Shown: one piece after another, positions 20,086-29,444 of the stretch | Position numbering within the stretch: position 1 is the first letter of the stretch | Layout: each line of letters begins with the position of its first letter | Origin: an uncultured Gemmatimonadales bacterium | Lineage (GTDB): Bacteria; Gemmatimonadota; Gemmatimonadetes; Longimicrobiales; RSA9 | Length of the DNA stretch: 64,000 nucleotides | Assembly (NCBI GenBank): GCA_963798845.1 | Contig: CAWCUS010000003.1 | Span: 64,001-128,000, forward strand | Direction of reading: 5' to 3' | The notes under the pieces: model-generated | Told to the model about the DNA's origin: nothing | Databases searched by the model: none | Seen by the model: only the letters and a program-made list of their open reading frames with translations | Translations under genes and position numbers: made by a program

Positions 20086-20838
20086 TCAGTAGACGGTCCA
20101 GGTCAGTCCGGCCAGCAGCATGACGTCGTGCTGCTGCTTGCCCCAGTAGTTGCTGATGGCATCGCGGACGAGGAGGTCGACGCCGATTCCGGAGAGATGG
20201 AAGGTGAGGCCGGCTCCGACGTTCCCTGTGAGGACGGTTCCGCTTTGTGGCAGCACCATCTCGCCCTCGTACCGGTCGATCTCGCTGTTGTCGAACGCGT
20301 ACCGCTTTCCGCCGATCCCGGCAGTGACGTACGGCTGGATGCCGAGGGGCAGCCGGAACGCGGTAGGCAGGCCGATGTCGAAGCTGCCGGTTGTGATGCT
20401 CGTGGCGACGCGGAAGGGAGTGCGCTCGACGCGGGCCGGTCCGGCGGTGCTGGCGGGGATGAGCACGGCATAGGTGACGGCCGTCTCGTCGCCCAGCGTC
20501 GTGAGAAACTCGCCGCGCAGCCAGAGCCGGCTTCCGGTGGGCTCCACCTCGGCCGTCACGCCTACGAGCGGCGCCTGGAGCACGGCGGCTTCGGTCCACT
20601 CCATTGGGTCGGTGCCGAAATGCGGGAACTCCTCGTAGAACCAGTCCGCCGGCGTCAGGAGGCCAGCGCGGGGTGTCACCCTGACCTTCACGAAGTGCTG
20701 CGCCGTCGCGGAGCCGGGCAGGAGCACGGCCACGGCGACCAGCGCCAGCGCCAGCGCGGTGCCGCAGCGGTGCTGCTGCCGTGCCGGCCTCTCCGTCGGT
20801 CCGTTCCGCCGCCCGCATCGGGTCATGGGCTTCTTCAC
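20086..20838 (-). CDS. Probable small outer-membrane beta-barrel protein
   Basis: Signal peptide (LALALVAVAVLLPGSATAQ), PYVTAGIGG and NVGAGLTF strands, aromatic C-terminus LAGLTWTVY; start uncertain. Confidence 0.65.
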   Translation of the reverse strand: MKKPMTRCGRRNGPTERPARQQHRCGTALALALVAVAVLLPGSATAQHFVKVRVTPRAGLLTPADWFYEEFPHFGTDPMEWTEAAVLQAPLVGVTAEVEPTGSRLWLRGEFLTTLGDETAVTYAVLIPASTAGPARVERTPFRVATSITTGSFDIGLPTAFRLPLGIQPYVTAGIGGKRYAFDNSEIDRYEGEMVLPQSGTVLTGNVGAGLTFHLSGIGVDLLVRDAISNYWGKQQHDVMLLAGLTWTVY

Positions 20839-21109
20839 GTCGTGTGGTACCTGGGGCCCCGAAGAATGACTGCGCCCGGCCCCGCCAACAAGCCGTCCCC
20901 CGCCGATCGCGGGAGTTTCCCCACCGGTACGTCGGTTTCTCCGTAACGTTCCGGCCGTCCGCTTCCGGGTTCTCCCCTATCTCCGGAGCGCCAAACGGGT
21001 GATAGTATCCGTGAGAAGTGCCCGATCGCGTCCGCTGCCGGGTTGAGCGGAGCCGATGAGCGCGGTTGGCGGACGGGCGATGAGCGAGGGGCGATACGCG
21101 GGAGCGGCG

Positions 21110-21532
21110 ATGATCGACGCCAGGGGAGTCAACCACATTGGGATCGCGGTCCGATCACTGGAAGCGCAGCGGCCCTACTACGAGGAGGTGCTCGGGGCCA
21201 CGTACGAGGGGGAGGAGGAGGTGGCGAGCCAGAAGGTGCGGGTGGCGTTCTACCGCCTCGGGCCCGAAGAGTCTCCCGTCCTGCTGGAGCTTCTGGAGCC
21301 CACGTCGCCGGACTCGCCCGTGGCGCGTTTCCTGGAGAAGCGTGGAGAGAGCGTGCACCACGTGGCATACACGGTTGTGGATCTCGACGCGCGGCTGGCG
21401 TCGCTGGCGGCGCGGGGGATTGCGTTGATCGATGAGCATCCTCGTGACGGCGCGCACGGCAACCGGATCGCCTTTCTCCACCCGAAGAGCACGGGCGGTG
21501 TGCTGACCGAGCTCTGCGAGCCGAAGGCCTAG
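21110..21532 (+). CDS. mce: Methylmalonyl-CoA epimerase
   Basis: VOC fold NHIGIAV, ELLEP, HHVAY, FLHPKSTGGVLTEL; alternative start 21080. Confidence 0.93.
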   Translation: MIDARGVNHIGIAVRSLEAQRPYYEEVLGATYEGEEEVASQKVRVAFYRLGPEESPVLLELLEPTSPDSPVARFLEKRGESVHHVAYTVVDLDARLASLAARGIALIDEHPRDGAHGNRIAFLHPKSTGGVLTELCEPKA

Positions 21533-21573
21533 CACCGGATGACGACCCCGACGACGAAGCGAGTGTAGCCGCC

Positions 21574-23103
21574 ATGTCACCCAGCCTGCCATTCCCGGTC
21601 CTCACTGCCGAGGAAGCCGCCGAGATGATCCAGCACGGCATGACCGTCGGCTTCTCCGGATTCACACCCGCCGGGGCCGCCAAGGCGGTGCCCACCGCAC
21701 TCGCGCAGCGCGCCCGGCGGCTGCACGGGATTGGCGAGCCGTTCCGGCTGCGCATCCTCACGGGTGCGTCCACCGGCCCGGCGTTCGACGACGCGCTTGC
21801 GGACGCAGATGCCGTGGCGTGGCGGGCGCCGTACCAGTCCTCGCGTCCCCTGCGCCAGCGCATCAACAGCCAGGAGACGCAGTTCGTGGACATGCACCTG
21901 TCGCATGTGCCGCAGATGCTCGAGTTCGGTTTCTTCGGCCAGCTCGACTTCGCCGTCATCGAGGCGACGGAGGTCACGCGCGACGGTCGCGTCTACCTCA
22001 CCACTTCCGTCGGGGCCTCGCCGACGCTCCTCAAGCACGCCGGGCGGGTCATCATCGAGATCAACCGCCACGCCTCGCCCCGGCTCGGTGAGATGCACGA
22101 CATTGGAGTGGTTCCGCCTCCGCCGCACCGGAACCCGATCCCGATCTTCCACCCCATGTCCCGCATGGGCGTGCCGTACGCGGCCGTGGACCCGCGCCGG
22201 ATCGTCGGCGTGGTCCACACCGACGCGCCGGACGGCGTGGCCCCGTTCGAGGAGCCGGACGAGACGAGCCGCAGGATCGCCGATCACGTCGTCTCGTTCC
22301 TCCTCGGTGAGCTGCGGGCGGGCCGGATTCCGGACGAGTTCCTCCCGGTGCAGGCCGGCGTCGGCAACATCTCCAACGCGGTGATGGCGAACCTGGGCCT
22401 CAGCCCGGTGCCGCCGTTCTACATGTACACCGAGGTCATCCAGGACGCCCTGATCGACCTGATGACGGAAGGACGCCTGCTGGGCGCGTCGACGTGCGCG
22501 CTCACGCTCTCAGACGACACCATGGACCGCGTCTACGAGGCCATGGACTTCTTCTCGCCCCGCATGGTCCTGCGACCCCAGGAGCTGTCGAACAACCCCG
22601 GGATCATCCGACGTCTGGGCGTGATCGCCATCAACACGGCGCTCGAAGCGGACATCTACGGCAACGTCAACTCGACCCACCTGCTCGGGACACAGTTGAT
22701 GAACGGGATCGGCGGCTCCGGCGACTTCGTCCGCAACGCGTACCTGAGCGTGATGGTCTGCCCCAGCACGGCGAAGGGCGGCACGATCTCGACCATCGTG
22801 CCCATGGTGACCCACGTGGACCACAACGAGCACTCCCTCCAGGTGCTCGTGACCGAGCAGGGCCTCGCGGATCTCCGAGGCAAGGGCCCCCTGGAGCGGG
22901 CGCGCACCATCATCGACCAGTGCGCCCACCCCGGCTATCGCGATTACCTGCACGACTACATCGACAGCGCGCCCATGGGCCACATCCGGCACGACCTCTC
23001 GCGCTGCTTCGAGCTGCACCGCAACCTGGCCGAGCACGGCGCCATGCTCCCGAAGCCGAGCGCTTTCGGACCCGCCGTGCCCAACCCGAACCCACGCTCC
23101 TGA
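21574..23103 (+). CDS. Succinate CoA-transferase (acetyl-CoA hydrolase/transferase family, ScpC/Cat1-like)
   Basis: GFSGFTPAGAAKAVP, DMHLSH, QAGVGN, YTEVIQD, NGIGGSGDF, VTEQGLADLRG. Confidence 0.92.
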   Translation: MSPSLPFPVLTAEEAAEMIQHGMTVGFSGFTPAGAAKAVPTALAQRARRLHGIGEPFRLRILTGASTGPAFDDALADADAVAWRAPYQSSRPLRQRINSQETQFVDMHLSHVPQMLEFGFFGQLDFAVIEATEVTRDGRVYLTTSVGASPTLLKHAGRVIIEINRHASPRLGEMHDIGVVPPPPHRNPIPIFHPMSRMGVPYAAVDPRRIVGVVHTDAPDGVAPFEEPDETSRRIADHVVSFLLGELRAGRIPDEFLPVQAGVGNISNAVMANLGLSPVPPFYMYTEVIQDALIDLMTEGRLLGASTCALTLSDDTMDRVYEAMDFFSPRMVLRPQELSNNPGIIRRLGVIAINTALEADIYGNVNSTHLLGTQLMNGIGGSGDFVRNAYLSVMVCPSTAKGGTISTIVPMVTHVDHNEHSLQVLVTEQGLADLRGKGPLERARTIIDQCAHPGYRDYLHDYIDSAPMGHIRHDLSRCFELHRNLAEHGAMLPKPSAFGPAVPNPNPRS

Positions 23104-23104
23104 G

Positions 23105-23392
23105 ATGATCGTCAGAGTGATCCTGCTGCGGCATGTGTCGCCGGAGAAGGCGGACGAAGTCAAGCCGCTCCTCCTGGAGATGCGCGCCCTCGCCCTCGCC
23201 CAGCCCGGCTATATCTCCGGGGAGACGCTCATGAACGCGGACGACCCGGAAGAATACCTGGTCATCAGCACGTGGGCCGACATCGACCACTGGAAGACCT
23301 GGCTGAAGAACCCGGAGCGGATCATGGTCCAGCGCCAGATCGACGGTCTGCTCGGACGGGAGACGCTCTACCAGGTCTACTACAACGCATAG
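23105..23392 (+). CDS. Antibiotic biosynthesis monooxygenase (ABM) family protein
   Basis: [17 protein letters not shown] pattern; starts 1 nt after the upstream stop. Confidence 0.8.
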   Translation: MIVRVILLRHVSPEKADEVKPLLLEMRALALAQPGYISGETLMNADDPEEYLVISTWADIDHWKTWLKNPERIMVQRQIDGLLGRETLYQVYYNA

Positions 23393-23408
23393 AGAGCGGG
23401 ACGGGACG

Positions 23409-24965
23409 ATGGACACCATGGAACGGCGGATCGACGACCTCCTCGAGCGACGCCGGGCCGCGCTGGCGGGCGGCGGCGAGGAACGCGTCGCCCGGCACCA
23501 CGCCCGCGGTCGGCTCACGGCCCGCGAGCGCCTGGCGCTCCTCCTGGACGAGGGCTCCTTCGAGGAGTTCGACATGCTGAAGGAGCACCGCTGCACCAAC
23601 TTCGGCATGGACGCGCAGACCGTCCCGGGCGATGGCGTGGTCACCGGATACGGCACCATCGACGGTCGTCTGGTCTACGTCTACGCCTTCGATGCCACCG
23701 TTTTCGGCGGGTCGCTTTCTGAGACCGTGGCCGAGAAGATCTGCAAGGTGATGGATTTCGCCGAGCACAACGGCGCTCCGCTCATCGGGCTCAACGACTC
23801 TGGCGGCGCCCGCATCCAGGAAGGGATCGAGAGCCTGGCCGGGTACACCGACATCTTCCTCCGCAACGTCATGCTCTCCGGCGTGGTCCCCCAGCTCTCG
23901 GGCGTATTCGGCGCGTGCGCCGGTGGCGCCGTCTACTCTCCCGCCCTCACCGATTTCACAGTGATGGTGGAGGGCGGCTCATACATGTTCCTCACGGGTC
24001 CCAAGGTCGTGAAGATGGTGACCCACGAGGACGTGGACGAGGAGACGCTGGGCGGAGCCGCCGTCCACACCGGGCGAAGCGGCGTGGCACACCTCGCCGC
24101 GCCGTCGGAAGCGGAAGCGCTGCAGCTACTCCGCACCCTGCTCTCGTTCATGCCCTCGAACAACCTGGGCACGCCGCCTCGCCGCGACCCCTCGGACCCG
24201 CCGGACCGGGAGGTGCCGGAGCTGAACGCCGCGCTGCCGGCGGACGCGGACAAGCCCTACGACATGAAGGAGGTCATCCGCGCCACCGTGGACGACGGCG
24301 AGCTTCTGGAGGTCCAGCCGAGCTTCGGCGCCAGCCTCGTCGTCGGCTTCGCTCGCTACGCCGGGATGCCCGTGGGCGTGGTCGCCAACCAGCCCGCGCA
24401 CCTTGCCGGTGTGCTGGACAACGACGCGTCCGTCAAGGGCGCCCGTTTCGTCCGCTTCTGCGATTGCTTCAACCTACCCGTGGTCACGTTCGTGGACGTG
24501 CCGGGCTTCATGCCGGGAACCGTGCAGGAGTACGGCGGGATCATTCGAAATGGGGCCAAGCTCCTGTACGCCTACGCCGAGGCGACCATTCCCAAGGTGA
24601 CCATCACCACCCGCAAGGCGTATGGCGGCGCGTATTGCGTCATGAGCTCCAAACACCTCCGGGGCGACCTCAACTACGCCTGGCCGAGCGCCGAGATCGC
24701 CGTCATGGGGGCTCGCGGCGCCGTCGGCATCCTCTACGCCCGCGAGATCCGGGACGCGGGAGAAGCGGGCGGCGCGGTGACCGCGGACAGGGAGGCCGAG
24801 TACGCCACCCGCTTCCAGAACCCGTACGAAGCTGCCAGGCGCGGCTATGTGGACGCGGTCATCCGCCCCGCCCAGACGCGCGTGCGGATCTGCAAGGCGC
24901 TTCGGATGCTCGAGAACAAGCAGGCCAGCAACCTGCCGAAGAAGCACGGCAACATCCCGCTCTGA
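23409..24965 (+). CDS. mmdA: Acyl-CoA carboxyltransferase, probable methylmalonyl-CoA decarboxylase alpha subunit
   Basis: [48 protein letters not shown]; context with delta, gamma and beta subunits. Confidence 0.85.
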   Translation: MDTMERRIDDLLERRRAALAGGGEERVARHHARGRLTARERLALLLDEGSFEEFDMLKEHRCTNFGMDAQTVPGDGVVTGYGTIDGRLVYVYAFDATVFGGSLSETVAEKICKVMDFAEHNGAPLIGLNDSGGARIQEGIESLAGYTDIFLRNVMLSGVVPQLSGVFGACAGGAVYSPALTDFTVMVEGGSYMFLTGPKVVKMVTHEDVDEETLGGAAVHTGRSGVAHLAAPSEAEALQLLRTLLSFMPSNNLGTPPRRDPSDPPDREVPELNAALPADADKPYDMKEVIRATVDDGELLEVQPSFGASLVVGFARYAGMPVGVVANQPAHLAGVLDNDASVKGARFVRFCDCFNLPVVTFVDVPGFMPGTVQEYGGIIRNGAKLLYAYAEATIPKVTITTRKAYGGAYCVMSSKHLRGDLNYAWPSAEIAVMGARGAVGILYAREIRDAGEAGGAVTADREAEYATRFQNPYEAARRGYVDAVIRPAQTRVRICKALRMLENKQASNLPKKHGNIPL

Positions 24966-24976
24966 GGACATGGGCC

Positions 24977-25387
24977 ATGGGGTTCGACAACGTGGTGGCC
25001 GGGAACGGCGTTTCAATGGCGCTCATCGGCATGGCCATCGTATTCGCCGGCCTCGTCCTCGTCAGCGCCTTCCTGGCCGTCATCCCCAGGCTCCTCGACC
25101 GCGGCGAGACCCGCGTCCGGGACATGGCCCGTCGCGGCGCCGCCTGGCGCGCCGAGCACGCGCGCTCTACCGCAGGTACGGCGGGCGCCCGCATGGGCGG
25201 CGAGCAGGCGGTGGCCGGGATGGAGGCCCTGTCGCCGGAGGCCCGCGTCGCCGTCGCCTACGTCCTCCAGGCCGAGCGGGAACGAGAGCTTTCAATGGAC
25301 AGACAGCAGATCACGCAACGAGACGGCCAGGAGCAGCGCGTCTGGACCGCGATCGGGAAGATGCGCACCCTTGCAACACGGCTTTGA
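24977..25387 (+). CDS. OadG/MmdD-like decarboxylase anchor subunit
   Basis: Single N-terminal TM helix GMAIVFAGLVLVS, VAVAYVL helix, C-terminal W..GKMR; position between alpha and biotin carrier. Confidence 0.75.
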   Translation: MGFDNVVAGNGVSMALIGMAIVFAGLVLVSAFLAVIPRLLDRGETRVRDMARRGAAWRAEHARSTAGTAGARMGGEQAVAGMEALSPEARVAVAYVLQAERERELSMDRQQITQRDGQEQRVWTAIGKMRTLATRL

Positions 25388-25391
25388 CCGC

Positions 25392-25841
25392 ATGCGCCGC
25401 TACGAGCTCGATATCAACGGAAACCACGTCACCGTCGCCGTACTCTCGTTTTCGGCCACGGCGGCCGAGATCGAATTGGACGGCACCCGCTATACGGTCC
25501 GCGTGGACGACGTGGTCACGGATGGCGAGCACCCGTTCCCCTCAGCGACCGCCCGCTCCTTCACGCAGCCGGCGCCCGACCCGCCGCTGCCCGCGCGAGC
25601 GCCGCGTCCCGCCGGAGTCGGTACCGACCCCGGCAGCGTCGTCGCGCCGATCCCCGGGCAGATCCTCGAGATCCTGGTCCGGGAGGGGGACCAGGTCCGC
25701 AAAGGACAGCCGCTCCTGAAGATGGAAGCGATGAAGATGGAGAACCTGGTGAACGCCCCGGTACCCGGCACCGTCGCCCATATCCGGTGCAATCCGGGCG
25801 ATGCAGTGGGCCAGGGCCAGGAGCTGATGGTCATCGGCTGA
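25392..25841 (+). CDS. mmdC: Biotin carboxyl carrier subunit of Na+-translocating decarboxylase
   Basis: Pro/Ala linker, APIPG, biotinylation motif EAMKMEN. Confidence 0.88.
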   Translation: MRRYELDINGNHVTVAVLSFSATAAEIELDGTRYTVRVDDVVTDGEHPFPSATARSFTQPAPDPPLPARAPRPAGVGTDPGSVVAPIPGQILEILVREGDQVRKGQPLLKMEAMKMENLVNAPVPGTVAHIRCNPGDAVGQGQELMVIG

Positions 25842-25844
25842 GCC

Positions 25845-26972
25845 ATGGACACCTTCGACCAGTTCCTGGCGCAGAGCGGCTTCGCCAACCTGACCGCCGG
25901 CAACCTGCTGATGATCGCCATCGGCTGCCTCTTCATCGGGCTGGCCGTGGTGAAGCACTACGAGCCGCTGCTCCTGCTGCCCATCGGGTTCGGCATCATG
26001 GTCGGCAACCTCGCCGTCGCCCCCGGGATGAACCTGGGCGTCTACGACCGCGGCAGCGTCCTCTACTACCTCTACTTCGGCGTCACCCAGGGGATCTACC
26101 CGCCCCTCATCTTCCTGGGCATCGGCGCCATGACCGACTTCTCGACGCTCCTTTCCAATCCCAAGCTCGTGCTCCTCGGCGCCGCCGCACAGATCGGCAT
26201 TTTCGCCACCCTCATCGGCGCGCTCTACCTCGGCTTCACCCCCGCCGAGGCCGGCGCCATCGGGATCATCGGCGGCGCCGACGGCCCGACCGCCATCTTC
26301 CTCTCGGCCAAGCTCGCGCCCCACCTCCTCGGCTCGATCGCCATCGCCGCCTACTCCTACATGGCCCTCGTCCCCGTCATCCAGCCGCCGATCATGAAGC
26401 TCCTGACCACCCGGAAGGAGCGGCTCATCCGCATGCGCGCCCCGCGTCGTGTCTCCCGGCGCGAGAAAGTCATCTTTCCCATCGGGACGCTCATCATCTG
26501 CGCCCTCATCGCCCCCGGCTCCCTCATCCTGATCGGCATGCTCATGTTCGGGAACCTGCTGAAGGAGAGCGGCGTCACCGAGAGGCTTGCCCAGACAGCC
26601 CGCACCTCGATGATCGACATCGTGACGATCCTCCTCGGCTTCTGCGTCGGCGCCAGCACCCAGGCCCAGACGTTCCTCACCACCCAGTCCCTCGGCATCT
26701 TCGCCCTCGGCGCCGCCTCCTTCGCCGTCGCCACCGCCGGCGGCGTCCTCGGCGCCAAGGCCATGAACCTCTTCCTGAAGGAGAAGATCAACCCGCTGGT
26801 CGGCGCCGCGGGCGTTTCAGCCGTGCCCGACTCCGCCCGCGTCGTCCAGATCATCGGGCAGCAGGAAGACCCCAACAACTTCCTCCTCATGCACGCCATG
26901 GCCCCCAACGTCGCCGGCGTCATCGGCTCCGCTATCGCCGCAGGCGTCCTCTGGAGCGTCCTGGTCAGCTGA
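25845..26972 (+). CDS. mmdB: Na+-translocating decarboxylase beta subunit (OadB/MmdB)
   Basis: YEPLLLLPIGFG, GAMTDF, IIGGADGPT, AAYSYMALVP, GVSAVP, HAMAPNVAGVIGSA. Confidence 0.93.
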   Translation: MDTFDQFLAQSGFANLTAGNLLMIAIGCLFIGLAVVKHYEPLLLLPIGFGIMVGNLAVAPGMNLGVYDRGSVLYYLYFGVTQGIYPPLIFLGIGAMTDFSTLLSNPKLVLLGAAAQIGIFATLIGALYLGFTPAEAGAIGIIGGADGPTAIFLSAKLAPHLLGSIAIAAYSYMALVPVIQPPIMKLLTTRKERLIRMRAPRRVSRREKVIFPIGTLIICALIAPGSLILIGMLMFGNLLKESGVTERLAQTARTSMIDIVTILLGFCVGASTQAQTFLTTQSLGIFALGAASFAVATAGGVLGAKAMNLFLKEKINPLVGAAGVSAVPDSARVVQIIGQQEDPNNFLLMHAMAPNVAGVIGSAIAAGVLWSVLVS

Positions 26973-26993
26973 CCCCCCCCGGAGCCAGCCCCT

Positions 26994-27305
26994 CCCTCTG
27001 CGAGCCCGAAGGCCCGAGCCCCCCTGCGAGGCCGAATGGCCGAGCCCCTCTGCGAGGCCGATGGCCGAGCCCCCCTGCGAGGCCGAATGGCCGAGCCCCC
27101 TGCGAGGCCGAATGGCCGAGCCCCTCTGCGAGGCCCAATGGCCGAGCCCCTCTGCGAGGCCGAATGGCCGAGCCCCTCTGCGAGGCCGAATGGCCGAGCC
27201 CCTCTGCGAGGCCGAATGGCCGAGCCCCTCTGCGAGGCCGAATGGCCGAGCCCCTCTGCGAGGCCGAATGGCCGAGCCCCTCTGCGAGGCCGTCAGGCCG
27301 AGCCC
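26994..27305. repeat. 26-bp tandem repeat (about 12 copies, VNTR-like)
   Basis: Unit GGCCGAGCCCCTCTGCGAGGCCGAAT repeated head-to-tail with no spacers; right-hand copies identical, left-hand copies carry indels or substitutions. Confidence 0.95.
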
Positions 27306-27745
27306 TTGAACAACTCCGTCAAATCCAGCGATTCCACCCGCGTCCGCGATGCCAACGACACGTATTCCACCGCCAGCGCCTCCTTCCCGGCGCCGAGCAC
27401 GGTGCTCACCAGACCGAACGCCTCCGGATACTCCGACGGCTCCAGCGCTTCCACCACCCGGCGCCACAGGACTTCCTCGAACACATTGAACGCGGCGTGC
27501 ACTTCCTGCAGACCGTAGCCCGCCGCGTGTCTGGCTCGCGCTACCGCCTGCGCGTGCCCGACCATCGGCACGAGCGTCCGGTCCCGCATGCATTCCGCCG
27601 CCAGCTCGTGCAGACGCGCGATCCGCTCCCGCCGCTCCGTTGCCGTGCTGGACGCGTAGTGCTTCAGCTCCGGACGGCCCAGCCCCCGCACCGCTTCGTC
27701 GAGAATTTCCTCTCGCTCCTCCGCCAGCAGCTCCAGCAGCGTCAT
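27293..27745 (-). CDS. Hypothetical all-helical protein (RsbRD N-terminal/globin-like sensor domain)
   Basis: MTLLELLAEEREEILDE..., VARARHAAGYGLQEVHAAFNVFEEVLW pattern typical of RsbRD_N-like domains. Confidence 0.6.
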   Translation of the reverse strand: MTLLELLAEEREEILDEAVRGLGRPELKHYASSTATERRERIARLHELAAECMRDRTLVPMVGHAQAVARARHAAGYGLQEVHAAFNVFEEVLWRRVVEALEPSEYPEAFGLVSTVLGAGKEALAVEYVSLASRTRVESLDLTELFKGSA

Positions 27746-27972
27746 CCCCCGCCTCCGGTCTCGTGGTCCCCTGCCTCCCTCGAAGCTAGACCGCCACTCC
27801 CACCCCGGCGAGTGCTGCCGCGTCGGCGGCGGTCCGCGCGTGTGCGCGGACGATCCATCACCACTGCCGAAACGCCTGTTTTGGGGCACGATTCTTCCCA
27901 CACGTCCCGCCGGCCCGGAACCTGGAGCCGGGCTCCCGAGTGAATACGTGTCAACCTGAATCGAGAAGCATC

Positions 27973-29136
27973 ATGAAACACCCGTATGCAACGGCAGCGC
28001 TCGCTGCGCTCATGGTCTCGAGCATCGCTGCCTGTGACAGCAATCCTTCCGGCCCCGGTAGCACCACCGACGCGCCGTTCACCGTGACCATGCAGTCGCA
28101 GAGCGCGAACGGCGGCTCGGCCATGCTGCGCCTGATGGCGAATGGGCGCGTCGCGCTGGCGAACGTCGAATCGATCACGCTTCCAATCGGAGACGTGGAA
28201 GCGCGGACGGCCGCTGGCGAGTGGGTGAGCGCGGGGACCGTGGACGAGAGCATCGACCTGTTCGGCCTTCCCGCGGACGGTGTCGTGCTACTCGACAGCT
28301 CGCTCCCGGAAGGATCGTACGACGCGCTTCGCTTCTATCTGAGCGGCGATCCGACCATCACCCTCGCCGAGGACGTCACGGTCGGCAGGACGACGTACGC
28401 GGCCGGAACGCACACCCTGGTGATCCCGAGCGCGGACCAGAACGGCATCCGCCTCGCGGCGAGCTTCGACGTGGGACCCGAAGGGCAGGACCTCACCGTC
28501 CTCTTCGACGGCGACCAGACCGTGAACCACGTCACTGCCACCGGCTCCGGGAAGATCATGATCGCCCCCGTACTCGAGGTCCGGAACCAGGAAGGCGAGG
28601 ACGTCGGCGGGATCGATGAAGGCGAAGGCGAGGGTGCCGTCCAGTTCGCGGACTCCGTCGCCTCCACCATCGAGAACGGCCTCACGCTCGCCGACGGCAC
28701 GGTGGTCCTCATCGACGAGGACACCCGGATCGAAGGCGACATCCTGAGCCTCGCCGCCGTCGCCGACGCCCTCGCCAGCGGCGAAGGCGTCTACGCCGAA
28801 GGCGTCGGCTCTTACGACACCGACGGCGCGTCCATCATCGCGAGCACCATCGAGTTGGAGGCCGAGAACGAGCCCGACCACCTCGGCGGTTCCGTGGGTG
28901 AGGTCAATCTCGAGGCGGGCACCTTCACCGTCGTGAACGACTCCGAAACCACCACCGTCGTCATTGCCGACGACACCGAGCTCAGCTTCGAGGACGGCCT
29001 CGCCGATCTCCAGGGCGTCATCGATGCCATCGGCTCCGGCACCACCGTCTACGTCGATGCCGAAGGTGCATTCCAGAGCGACGGCACCTTCGCCGCCAGC
29101 GAGGTCACGTTCAACACGTCCGCCGCGAGCGACTGA
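27973..29136 (+). CDS. Acidic lipoprotein with DUF4382-like and tandem DUF5666-like domains
   Basis: Lipobox IAAC; LPEGSYDALRF, IPSADQNGIRL, FDGDQTV, APVL; two repeats ending A..IEL/ASEV with TTRI/DTEL-type motifs. Confidence 0.7.
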   Translation: MKHPYATAALAALMVSSIAACDSNPSGPGSTTDAPFTVTMQSQSANGGSAMLRLMANGRVALANVESITLPIGDVEARTAAGEWVSAGTVDESIDLFGLPADGVVLLDSSLPEGSYDALRFYLSGDPTITLAEDVTVGRTTYAAGTHTLVIPSADQNGIRLAASFDVGPEGQDLTVLFDGDQTVNHVTATGSGKIMIAPVLEVRNQEGEDVGGIDEGEGEGAVQFADSVASTIENGLTLADGTVVLIDEDTRIEGDILSLAAVADALASGEGVYAEGVGSYDTDGASIIASTIELEAENEPDHLGGSVGEVNLEAGTFTVVNDSETTTVVIADDTELSFEDGLADLQGVIDAIGSGTTVYVDAEGAFQSDGTFAASEVTFNTSAASD

Positions 29137-29150
29137 ACGGAGGCGGGATG

Positions 29151-29195
29151 AAAAGAGAACCCCCGGCGCCGGATAAGATCCGTTGCCGGGGGTTC
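29151..29195 (-). terminator. Intrinsic terminator (minus strand; may also stop the converging lipoprotein gene)
   Basis: Minus strand GAACCCCCGGC-AA-CGGAT-CTT-ATCCG-GC-GCCGGGGGTTC followed by TCTTTT. Confidence 0.8.
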
Positions 29196-29442
29196 CATTG
29201 TACTGGCGAGTTCGGGTTTTCTCGTTTCGGTGGCAGTGCGTTTGGCGCACGCCCTCGCCCGTCCTCTTACCCTCTCCGCGCGACCCGCGGTTCAGGTTGC
29301 CCCTTGGCCTGGGGCTCCGACTGCGGCCAGTCACCTCACAGTCGGCTCGTCGGTTCCGAACTCCCAACGAGCGCCCCCGTCGAGCGTCCTCTCGGGAAGC
29401 GACGGAAGAGGCCTCGGTCGCTGGCCTGCTGTCCGCCTGAAC
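29151..29442 (-). ncRNA. Candidate stand-alone structured non-coding RNA (about 290 nt), family not recognised
   Basis: Closing helix GTTCAGG/CCTGAAC around five hairpins, a second branched domain, G-U pairs valid only on the minus strand, upstream promoter and downstream terminator. Confidence 0.55.
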
Positions 29443-29444
29443 AC

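Noticed and set aside
23409..24965. Propionyl-CoA carboxylase beta subunit (pccB)
   Set aside because: Same family, but neighbours are OadG-like, biotin carrier and OadB-like subunits with no biotin carboxylase, favouring a Na+-pumping decarboxylase
26994..27305. CRISPR array
   Set aside because: Units are contiguous with no unique spacers and there are no cas genes in the window; the ORFs over it (27036, 27061) are translations of the repeat
27293..27745. dsrT
   Set aside because: RsbRD-like fold is plausible, but the D.F.NPVG-type motif I associate with DsrT is absent and the gene is 30 kb from dsrMK
27884..27898. sigma54 promoter GGGCACGATTCTTCC before the DUF4382-like gene
   Set aside because: Good -24 element, but the -12 is CC rather than the near-invariant GC; not supportable alone
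29151..29442. RNase P RNA, tmRNA, SRP RNA, 6S RNA or c-di-AMP riboswitch
   Set aside because: No GAGGAAAGTCC, tRNA-like ends, SRP GGAA loop motif or single long rod; only a partial CCCGAAC resemblance to ydaO and no same-strand downstream gene
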